From positions 139,004,001 to 139,068,000 of the forward strand of contig NC_083227.1 of the NCBI RefSeq assembly GCF_032191835.1: a DNA stretch of 64,000 nucleotides. The letters are read 5' to 3'. This document shows, piece after piece, positions 27,203-36,684 of the stretch. The notes beneath the pieces were generated by a model. It ran no database searches. It saw only the letters and a program-made list of their open reading frames with translations, and was not told the origin of the DNA. Each line of letters starts with the position of its first letter. Positions within the stretch are counted from its first letter, which is position 1. A program made the position numbers and the translations under genes. The DNA is from Heteronotia binoei (Eukaryota).

Positions 27203-27291
27203 CTCTCCTTCTCCTTTGGAAGCAAAATAATTCAGTTCTTCAACATCCACTAGTTTGATTAAATTACAGGGCAAAGGTGCTCCCACATGAC
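27203..27291 (-). CDS. ACSL6: ACSL6 exon (G)HVGAPLPCNLIKLVDVEELNYFASKGEGE, 89 nt
   Basis: tAG acceptor, GTATTT donor; phase 1 to 0. Confidence 0.93.
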
Positions 27292-27949
27292 CTATAAACC
27301 ACAAAGAGACAACTATATTTTTCAAAAGAACAACAGGTGTAACAATCAAAATGAAATAAACTCAGCAAATTACTGAGTACATTATACAGTTGTTGGAGCA
27401 TTGTTGCATTAGCAAGTTTTATTTTATTGGTATATTTTCTTCAACTAAAATGGCAGGGGAAACAGTGCATCAGCCCAAGGCCTGCTCCTGAGCTCTCCCT
27501 CAGACCAATCTCAGGGAAAAGTAAAATTCCAAATAGAACCGCAATTTAACATGATCATTAAACCAAGGATACAAAGAAAAGACAGGTTGCTCACCTGTAA
27601 CTGTAGATCTTCGAGTGGTCATCTGTGCATTCACACTCATGGGATAGTGCGCCTGCGCCGATCCCCGAATCGGTACCTGAAAAAGCCCGGGATTTTTCCG
27701 CGCTCGGCGCCAATGGGCATGCACTGGCGCCAGCGCGGGGATCCCGCCAGTTCCTTCCTGACCGCTGGAAGCTCCTACTGGAGGGAGACCGTCAGCAGTG
27801 GGGAAGGAGGGCGGGTAGTGTGAATGCACAGATGACCACTCGAAGATCTACAGTTACAGGTGAGCAACCTGTCTATCTTCTTCGTGGTCTCTGTGCTTCA
27901 CACTCATGGGAGATTAGCAAGCAAAGCATACCTGGAGGCGGGAAGACGG

Positions 27950-30824
27950 TCAACCTGAAGAAACAGCTTGCAGCACCGCAGCTCCCGAGTCCTCTGCTGA
28001 GCATGCACGTCCAGCGCGTAGTGCTTCATGAAGGCATGCGGAGAAGACCAGGTAGCCGCCTTGCAGACATCCGGAAGGGACACACCTTTCAGGAATGCCA
28101 CCGACGTGGCCATCGCCCTTGTGGAGTGTCCACGAACAGGTCCAGGTAAAGGCTTCTTCGCCAACAAATAACAAAGTTTGATCGTCTCAGTAAGCCACTT
28201 GGAAAGTCTTTGAGATGAAATTTTGGACCCTAACTTGGGGGCAGAATAGGAGACAAACAGCTGGTTGTCCTTACGATAACCCCGTGAACGATTCAAATAA
28301 AACAGAAGGGCACGCTTAACGTCTAATGCGTGCAGCCTGCGTTCCTCATCCGAGGAAGGGCTAGGGTAAAACGTGGGTAACCAAACTTCTAAATTGAGGT
28401 GGAACTGGGAAACCACCTTAGGGAGAAAAGTGATGTCTGGAGCTAAAGAGACCCTAGCTTCCCTAAAGGCAAGGTAGGGGTAATCACAACGCATCGCTGT
28501 GAGCTCCCCCGCACGACGTGCTGAAGTGATGGCAACTAAAAATGCAGTCTTCCAAGACAAGAGTTGTAGGGAACACGTTGCCATAGGTTCAAAGGGACGA
28601 CGAGTCAACTTCTCCAGAACCAAAGTCAAGTCCCACAACTGTGGAGGGGATCTAGAAGGAGGATGAAGGCGGAACAGTCCCTTCATTAACCTTTTGGAAT
28701 GAGGGTGAGCGAAAACAGTGTAACCCTCCACTGAACCATGGAAAGCAGAAATAGCTGCCAAATAAACCTTGATGGAGGAGAATACCAGCCCCTCATCCAC
28801 CAAGGCCAAAAGAAACTCAAAAATTGCCAAAAGCCCAACAGAGTGGGGCGGCAAAGGGGAGTCAGCCACAAAGTTACTGAACTTCTTCCACTTCCTCTCA
28901 TAAGAGGCACGGCTGGAAGGTTTCCTGCTGCTTAGGAGGACTTGCTGGACCCTAGTAGAAAAACCTAGAGGTCGATGAACCACGCTGTCAGCTTCAGGTG
29001 TGGCACGTTGTGGTGGAGTACGTGCCCGCCCTGGGCCAACAACAGGTCCGGTTCTGCCGGGAACTGGTAAAAGACCCCCTTCGACTGCTGGAGCAGGATC
29101 GAGAACCAGCTCTGACGGGGCCACCAAGGAGTCACCAGGATGCAGCGCGGCCTCTCCTGTACTAGCTTGTGGACTACCCTCGTCAGCAGAGGTAGGGGTG
29201 GGAACATATAAAGGAACCAACCCCCCCCCCCACGGAAGTAGAAGTCCGTCTCCCAGCGAGGCTGGATCTGCACCTCCCCTGGCACAGAACAAGGGGCACT
29301 TCTTGTTCTCCGCCATGGCAAAGACATCTAACTGTGGGTACCCCCAGAGTTGGAACACCAGCTCTAGGAACCGCCATTGCAGTTCCCATTCGTGTGGGGA
29401 AGCTCCACCCCTGCTGAGAGAGTCCGCCTGTATGTTGAGGACCCCCGGCAGATGTGTTGCCTTCACAAAAATGTCCCACTGGAGGCACTTCGTCCAGAGA
29501 TCCATCGCCAGCAAGCACAGCCTGCGAGACACTGTCCTTCCCTGTCTGTTTATATAGCACAGGGCCGTGGTATTGTCTGTAAGCAGAGCCACAGTCCTCC
29601 CCTCTAACAGTGGACGGAAAGAACAAAGGGCAAAGTGAACCGCCAGCAGTTCTAGGTAATTTATATGGCACTGACTCAGTTTCGGGGGCCATTGACCTCC
29701 CACACATAGATCCTCCAAGTGAGCTCCCCACCCCCACAGGGAAGCATCGGTAGCGATAGTCACAGTGGGGGTTGGAAGATGGAAGGGAGCCCCTTGGTAG
29801 ATGTTGCTCTCCGATCCCCACCATTGCAGTGATTGGAGAGTCCCAGGTGGGATGGTGAACCTCTTTCGAGGTGAGTCTATGAGAGGGCGAAAATGGCGCA
29901 AGAACCATAGCTGTAGTCCCCTCATTCGTAGTCTTGCGAAACGCAGCACGCTTGTCGTTGCAGCCATCAGCCCCAGCATCCGCTGGAGCTGCTGGGCCAT
30001 GCCCCACTGCCGCCTTTGAAGTAGCTGTACCAGACCGATGATGTCCTTTGCTCTCTGTGAAGGAAGGAATGCTCGGTGTTGATCTGTGTCCAACAGAGCC
30101 CCTATGAACTGAACTGTCCTTGACGGAGTAAGATGGGATTTCTCCAGATTGACCTGCAACCCCAGGGTGTCGAGGAGACGCAGGGTGATGGCAATGTGTG
30201 TTGTTAGACTCTCTCTCGACTTCGCCACAAGAAGCCAGTCGTCGATGTATGGGAAGACAACGACTCCCTGAAGACGAAGGTAGGCAGCCACCACGCTCAT
30301 CAGCTTCGTGAACACCCGAGGAGCAGTAGACAGTCCAAATGGCAGGGCCCTGAACTGGAAGTGCCGAGCACCCACTGCAAACCTTAGGAAATGCCTGAAC
30401 GCAGGGTGAATGCTGACATGAAAGTAAGCATCCTTGAGGTCCAGGGTCGCCATCCAGTCCCCCTGATTGATGAGGGGCAGGATTGTTTGCAGCGTGGCCA
30501 TTCTGAACTTCTGGTACAGAATAAATTTGTTCAGACTCCGGAGGTCCATGATAGGCCTCAGGCCCCCGTCCCGTGAACCTGAAGATGGGGACCAGAAAGT
30601 AGCGGGAGTAGAAGCCTCCTGTCCTGGCCTCTGGTGGAACTACCTCTATGGCTTGTTTCTGGAGGAGATTGTTCACCTCCGCCAACAGAGGTGGGGAAGG
30701 GGGAGTGGTAACTACCACGGACTGATTCGGGGTCTGAACAAACTCTATTTTGTAGCCCTCTTTTACGATGGACAGAGCCCACCTGTCTGTGGAGATCAAC
30801 TCCCAGGCAGGCAGGAAAGGGCAT
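27950..30824 (-). pseudogene. Element A ORF3: long RT-overlapping region plus tyrosine recombinase
   Basis: Catalytic set SARRAGEL, GHSTR, ATWSS, KHY; shifted by the same two lesions plus a small one near 27995 (the native end GAAVLQAVSSG* lies in ORF 27950-28174). Confidence 0.88.
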
Positions 30825-30877
30825 AGGCGGATGGATGAGCCAACAGTGGGGGCGATGACGAGTGCTTGCGGGAAGTC
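28965..30877 (-). pseudogene. Element A RT-RNase H-DNA adenine methylase-like ORF, broken by two frameshifts (about 30585 and 29225)
   Basis: AWELISTDRW..GYKIEF, LDLKDAYFH, LPFGLSTAPRVF, YIDD, TDASLWGWGAH, LTDN, DVFA..N, LYMFPP, LKLTAW, pieced together from ORFs 29183-31168, 27904-30549 and 28965-29327. Confidence 0.9.
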
Positions 30878-32933
30878 AAACCCCCTGCTTCTGGGGGCGA
30901 GCCCCCTTAGACTTGTTGGAAGGTTGGGTCCCGTAACGGTTCCTGCTGTTACCCGAATAGGAGGGTCGTTCAGCCTGTACAGGGCGAGGACGCCATTGTT
31001 CAGGGGAGAACTTCTGGTAAGGCTTCTTGGTCCAGGGCTTAGGCCATTGTTTGGATCTGGAAGCCTTGGGGGTAGATTGGACGCCCAAATTTCTAGATGT
31101 TTTGACACTCTTGTCGAACTCTTGCAGTGCCGTGTCAGTCGTGGTGCTGAAGAGCCCGTCACCCTCAAAAGGCAGGTCCTCGATGAAGGTTCTTGTGTCT
31201 TGGTGGAGTGCCATTGACCTGAGCCAGGAGTGGCGTCGAATGCAGACTGCAGAGGTGATGGCTTTGGCCGAAGCTTCCATCATATGTTTCGCTGCAGCCA
31301 GTTGTTGTCTGGCCACAGTGAGACCTTCCTTCTGCAACTTCATTGCATCAGCCTTCTTATCCTCGCTTAGTGAAGAGAGGAAGGGGGAGAGTTGTTCCCA
31401 CACGGCATACTGATATCGAGCCATGCAGGCAGCATAGTTCGATACTTTGATGCCGAGTGCCCCTGCTGAATAGACCTTGCGACCCATTCCATCAATCTTC
31501 CTCCCTTCCTTGTCCAGTGGAGAGGAATGGACCTTCCTAGCTTTTGAGGAAGAGGAGACTACCATTGAATTAGGCCGTGGATGGGTGAATAAGAATTCAG
31601 CCCCTGTCTCCTGGACCCTGTACATGTGGTCCAGCCGTTTAGATGATACCGGCGTCGATGAAGGTTTTCTCCAAGGCTCCTTGATGGCTTGAAGGATCAC
31701 CTTGGTGACTGGCAGGGCGACCACAGTGGAAGTGTTCTTCTGCATTATATCGAACACATTATCGTCCACTACGGGTTCTGGCTGAGTCACAGGCAGCTTG
31801 AGGGTGGCAGCAATTCGTCTCACGAGGTCCCCATAGGACTTCAGATCCTCCGACGGCGAAATCGGAAGATCCTCAGTCGTCTGGGAGACCGGTGAGGGTT
31901 CCAGGTCTTGGGCTTCACTGTCTGACTCCGATGACGAGGAGTCCCGATGGGCGGAGTGCTCCGAGAGCATCGGGGTCGACTCCCGCAGTGGAGACTGGAC
32001 CGGTGGTGGTCTTCGAGGAGCTTCGACCGGGACTAATTGTCGGTCCGGGGGAACCGATGCCGACGCCTTCCGGGATCGGTGCGATACCCTCGACATGGAC
32101 GAGAATTCCGATGCTTGCTCCCAGTCCGGGTAGTCCTCTGGGTACCAGTTATAGGATTGGTACCGAGAGTACAGAGGTTGCCATCTGCGTTGCTCCCATG
32201 GTGGTATTGGGAAGCGTTGAAGTGCATGGAAGGGTTCTGGTTCTCGCCTGTCTCGGTGCCTGAACGGGACCGGTGGTGCTATCGGCGCCGACACCTCCAC
32301 CTCTGAGGTCGATTCGCTGGCGGTACGTCGACGCGAACCTGAAGATGAGGAGCATTGGGTTAGGTCAATCTCCGGCTCTTGCTCCGATGCCGACAGGCGA
32401 GATTGGATCACTGGGCTTCGGCGTGGAGAAGCCAGGATCTTCTTCGGCGGTTTAGGGATTGCCGATGTCGATGCGCCCACCGAAGGGGAAGGAGTGCGGG
32501 GTCGCTTCCGCTTCTCCTTCGATTTCGCCTTCTTAGGAACTCGGGTCCCCGAGTCCTCTCGGCGCTTCTTAGCGGGCGTATCCACTGAGCCCTCATGGGA
32601 ACGTTTTGTGGAGCCACGCTCTTCCGGCAGTTCAGTTAAAGTCAGTGTCGGAGCAGCATCAGCCGATGCAAGCTCCTGTGCCGGGGTGTCGGTCGATTTC
32701 GGTGCCGATGACTCCATCGGTCGTTGAGGTCGAAGCGCCAATTCGGTTAACGCCGCCGATAACCGGGCCGCACGGTTCTTTCTCATCTGCTTCGAGAAGC
32801 GGAGACAGTGAGGACAAGCCTCTACTCGGTGCGTCTCTCCGAGGCACAGCAGGCAAAGGGAATGGCCGTCCGGAGGGGCGATCTTTTTTCCACAAGCACG
32901 GCAGCGCTTGAAAAAACCCCAGCAACTTTCCAT
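30876..32933 (-). CDS. Element A gag-like ORF, about 685 aa, uninterrupted
   Basis: N-terminal Cys/His cluster (CRAC...HSLCLLCLGETH...CPHC), Ser/Pro/Arg-rich middle; C-terminal half resembles the LAP2alpha-type domain of vertebrate DIRS gag (recognised from memory). Confidence 0.85.
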   Translation of the reverse strand: MESCWGFFKRCRACGKKIAPPDGHSLCLLCLGETHRVEACPHCLRFSKQMRKNRAARLSAALTELALRPQRPMESSAPKSTDTPAQELASADAAPTLTLTELPEERGSTKRSHEGSVDTPAKKRREDSGTRVPKKAKSKEKRKRPRTPSPSVGASTSAIPKPPKKILASPRRSPVIQSRLSASEQEPEIDLTQCSSSSGSRRRTASESTSEVEVSAPIAPPVPFRHRDRREPEPFHALQRFPIPPWEQRRWQPLYSRYQSYNWYPEDYPDWEQASEFSSMSRVSHRSRKASASVPPDRQLVPVEAPRRPPPVQSPLRESTPMLSEHSAHRDSSSSESDSEAQDLEPSPVSQTTEDLPISPSEDLKSYGDLVRRIAATLKLPVTQPEPVVDDNVFDIMQKNTSTVVALPVTKVILQAIKEPWRKPSSTPVSSKRLDHMYRVQETGAEFLFTHPRPNSMVVSSSSKARKVHSSPLDKEGRKIDGMGRKVYSAGALGIKVSNYAACMARYQYAVWEQLSPFLSSLSEDKKADAMKLQKEGLTVARQQLAAAKHMMEASAKAITSAVCIRRHSWLRSMALHQDTRTFIEDLPFEGDGLFSTTTDTALQEFDKSVKTSRNLGVQSTPKASRSKQWPKPWTKKPYQKFSPEQWRPRPVQAERPSYSGNSRNRYGTQPSNKSKGARPQKQGV

Positions 32934-33640
32934 AGAAGGTAGCCACAAGAAAAAAAACTACTCAGAATCGTCTGAGAGAAAAGCGGGGGAAAAACGAAAG
33001 CGAAATACCCCGAGGGGCAGTTCGCCAGACAAACAAGGAAACGCTTTTTTTTTTAAAACAACTAACTAACTATTAACTAACTACTGACTAACTAAGAACA
33101 ATAAACGGGCTAAGAACGAGAAAAAAGGCAAAGCCAAGAATTCTCACCGACCGGGGAACCAGAAAGGTAAACCTCTCAGTGCAGTGGTCAGAAAGGAACT
33201 GGCGGGATCCCCGCGCTGGCGCCGGTGGGCATGCGCATTGGGACGCCTGCGCATGCCCATTGGTGCCGAGCGCGGAAAAATCCCGGGCTTTTTCAGGTAC
33301 CGATTCGGGGATTGGCGCAGGCGCACTATCCCATGAGTGTGAAGCACAGAGACCACGAAGAAGATTTATACGTGCATGGGTGTGAAGCCTGCATCCCAAT
33401 AAAGTCCTATTGTAGAAGAGACAAGATGCTCATCAGTTTTAAAAGCTATGCCTCTTCTGCTCTCTGGAAACTACTGCTCCAAGAACATAAAACACAAACT
33501 TTAGATGTACATGGGATTCCTCAGCACAAGTACATATGAGTTCTTAAAACTGTAGCCTAAGTATCTAGTTGCATTCCAGCTTACGTAACATAGGTAATAT
33601 GCATTTTGAAATGAAGTTATGCATCCTATTTAGTTAGTAC

Positions 33641-33713
33641 CTGATGTCCAGTCTCCCGGAGTAGTGAAGGTACAACCAGCTGTACACTCTGTTTGACCAT
33701 AGCCTTCATAAAC
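33641..33713 (-). CDS. ACSL6: ACSL6 exon VYEGYGQTECTAGCTFTTPGDWTS(G), 73 nt
   Basis: YGQTE adenylation motif; cAG acceptor, weak GTACTA donor. Confidence 0.93.
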
Positions 33714-33866
33714 CTGCCAGACATACATCATTTAAACAAAATGACATACAGGTGAGAATTTTATTCGAACTGGCAAAACTACATAACCTTAGAGTGTATC
33801 ATTTGCAAACAATATTTCATGAGTTGCCCCCCCCCCCCCCCCCCGCAAATCAACAAAACCACATTT

Positions 33867-35570
33867 AACTTTAGAAGGGAAACTTCTCTCAAGTGAGGGG
33901 GCTTATGATGAAGAAACTGGAAGGAAAGCTAAGGAGGGTCAAAAGTCTTTGGGAAACTTGGAGAGTATTTAAAAATACAATCCTGGAAGCTCAGATAAAA
34001 TGCATACCGCAAGTTAGGAAAGGTATGAATAGGTATTTTAAAAGGCCTGTATGGTTAACAAAGTACTGGAAGCAGTAAATGGTAAGAAGGATTCTTTCTA
34101 GTGGTGGAAGGCTAGTCTGAGTGAGGTAAATAAAAGGGAGCACAGCTCTGACAAATAAAACACAAGTCTGAGATCAGACAGACAAAAAGGGATTATGAGG
34201 AACATATTGCAAAAGACAAACAATAAAAAATTCTTGAAATAAATTCAAAGCAGAAACCTATCCATGGAGGCAGTGGGGCCCTTTGATGACCAAGAGGTAA
34301 AAAGATTCCTAAAGGATGATAGGGAAATGGCAGAGAAACTGAATACATTTTTTTACTCTGTCTTCACTGTGGAAGATGACAGGTGCTTGCCACTCCACAA
34401 CCAATTATTTTAGTAGGAGTGTCAAAAGACTTGAGTCAGATTGAGGTGATGAGAGAGGAGGTCATATGACTGATGGACAAATAAAAAAACTGACAAATCA
34501 CCAGGTCCAGATGGCATACATCCAAGAGTTCTGAAAGAACTCACATGTGAATTTATAAATGGGCAACTTTCATAGTGGAAGGTGGTGAGCAGTGGAGTAT
34601 TGCAGGGCTTGGTACTAGGTCTGGTGATTTTTCACTTACTGATTAATAATTTGGAGTTCGGAGTAAGCAGGGAGGACTATAAGGCACTCCAGAGGTATTT
34701 GTCCAGACTGGGTGAGTGGGTATCAATGTGGCAAATGAGACTCAAAATGGGTAAGAACAAAGTAATGCACATTGGAGGCAAAAACCCAAACTATAAATAT
34801 ACATTTGATGGGATTCAAAGTGGCAGTAACTGACCAGGAGAGAGATCATTGAGTCCTGTTAGACAACTGACTGAAGATGTCAACTCAGTGTATGACTACA
34901 ATAAAAAAGGCCAATGCTATGCTGGGTATAAATCTATAGTGCAGTCTCATTTGGAATACTGTGTACAGTTCTGGTTTCTGCACCTCCAAAAAGATACTAT
35001 AGCATTGGAAAAGGTGCAGAAAAGGGTAACTAAAATGATTAAGGGTTTGGAACACCTTCCCTATAAAGAAAGATTAAAGAGCTTAGGACTTTTTAGCATG
35101 GAGAAATGATGTTTGAGGGGTGACATGACAGAGGTTTACAAAATTATTCATAGGACAGAGAAGGTAGAGAAAAACTTGCAGGCTCTCAATGAAACTAATG
35201 AACAGTAGGCTTAAAACAGATAAAAGTAAGCACTCCTTCACCCAATCAATAATTGACATGTGGAATTCACTGCCACAGGAAATGGTGGTGCCTACAAGCA
35301 CAGACAGGTTCAAGGGGGGATTGGATAAACATAAGGAGCAGAAGTCCATCAGTGGCTATTAGCCACAAGGTATAGATGGAACACTTTGTCTGGGGCAGTG
35401 ATTCTCTGTATTCTTGGTGCTTGGGGGGCAACAATGGGAGGGCTTCTGGAGTTCTGGTCCCACTGGTGGACCTCCTGATGTCACCAAGGTTTTGGCCACT
35501 GTATGACAAAGAATGTTGGTTTGGATGGGCCACTGGCCTGATCCAGCATGACTTCTCTTACATTCTTATG
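33867..35570 (+). mobile_element. CR1 LINE, older, fragmented and internally deleted
   Basis: Degenerate ORF2 peptides ([17 protein letters not shown]) and a cttctcttacattcttatg tail. Confidence 0.88.
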
Positions 35571-36385
35571 AGTTCTGTGATACTTGATAATCACCAGATA
35601 TTTTGCTATAATGATCTGAAAACATTTCAAGTAGCCAAGAAGTAGAAAACAGTAGCAAAATAATTGCTGGATGAATGAAACAGCATGTTGATCAAGAAGG
35701 AAAAATAGAATTTTGCCAGGCTTTCAGCTGAGGCAATGGATGTCACTTGTTACCGGCTCCCCCCCACCCGCACCTTCATTCCATCCCAATGCTATATGAT
35801 CTGCTGGACCTGGACAATAGGCCATTTCTGTGAGGCAGAACCTGCCATTTTAGTCTCTATTGTCACTCTGTAGTTTTAGATTTTATATATTTTAAATTGG
35901 TATTTTATTGTTGATTGTTTTTACCCTGAGCCTGTCATATGGGAAGGGTGGACTAAAAATCTAATAAATAAATAAATGTTCTTGCCAATCTAGTGGGAAA
36001 AATTGGTTTGTTAACTTATTTATGAAAAATGCTACCTCCTTTTTGTATCCAACAAACCATTGCTACAAAGCAGAGTACAATAGCAGGTGGCATACTTCGG
36101 AATCCCTGGTGCAAAAGGAAATGGGGTCAGCAAAGGGCTATCAGCTGTGCAAACTAGAATATAACTTGTGCTAGAAAGATGAATGGGAATCAACATTGGC
36201 TACAACAGTCGTCAAGCTGGGAGTTCTGAAGTAAGAACTGCAGTCTTGGCAGGAATTTCTTGAGGAGTTTCTAGCTATTCTCAGTGTGCTCAAAATCTGG
36301 TCCTTTGGACAGGGTCCTGTATCTCTGACCAGAAAAAGCAATGACAGCTAGATCTCTCTAAAACTCTTCTTAGAGCTCTGGTAAA

Positions 36386-36684
36386 AAAGGTAAAGGTAGT
36401 CCCCTGTGCAAGCACCAGTTGTTTCTGACTCTGGGGTAACGTTACATCATGACGTTTTCGTGGCAGACTTTTTTATGGGGCAGTTTTGCCACTGCCTTCC
36501 CCAGTCATCTACACTTCCCCCCCAGCAAGCTGGGTACTTATTTTACCAACCTCGGAAGGATGGAAGGCTGAGTCAACCTTGAGCCAGCTACCTGAACATA
36601 GCTTCTGCCGGGATCGAACTCAGATTGTGAGCAGAGGGCTCTGACTGCAGTACTGCAGCTTTACCACCCTGTGCCATGGGGCTC
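36386..36684 (-). mobile_element. Sauria SINE, full length
   Basis: Colinear with 5764-6058; degenerate TSD ttagagctctggtaaa / ttagaattctgacaaa. Confidence 0.88.

Larger units (their letters stand above)
27580..33365 (-). mobile_element. DIRS1-type tyrosine-recombinase retrotransposon, near-intact, 5.79 kb (element A)
   Basis: Left ITR about 33182-33365, right ITR with extension about 27580-27767, ICR 27817-27911 complementary to both outer ends; gag, RT-RNaseH-MTase and YR ORFs; CpG-rich; no target-site duplication. Confidence 0.95.

Noticed and set aside
27580-27911. Spaced repeats resembling CRISPR arrays or LTRs at the element ends
   Set aside because: They are inverted and fully explained by DIRS ITR/ICR architecture; the context is vertebrate, with no cas genes or repeat-spacer periodicity
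27904-30549. 881-aa ORF apparently fusing RT-RNaseH-MTase to a tyrosine recombinase
   Set aside because: Artefact of a +1 shift in the 11-nt C/G run at 29221-29231 (mutation or homopolymer assembly error). The true MTase end lies in ORF 28965-29327, and element B keeps the ORFs separate.
29183-31168. 661-aa ORF as a novel standalone protein
   Set aside because: Chimera of the RT N-terminus and the ORF3 overlap region, created by the net 10-nt insertion near 30585
29000-32911. Multiple plus-strand (antisense) ORFs within element A, and similar ones in B
   Set aside because: Short, not shared between A and B, and consistent with high GC and stop avoidance on the coding strand
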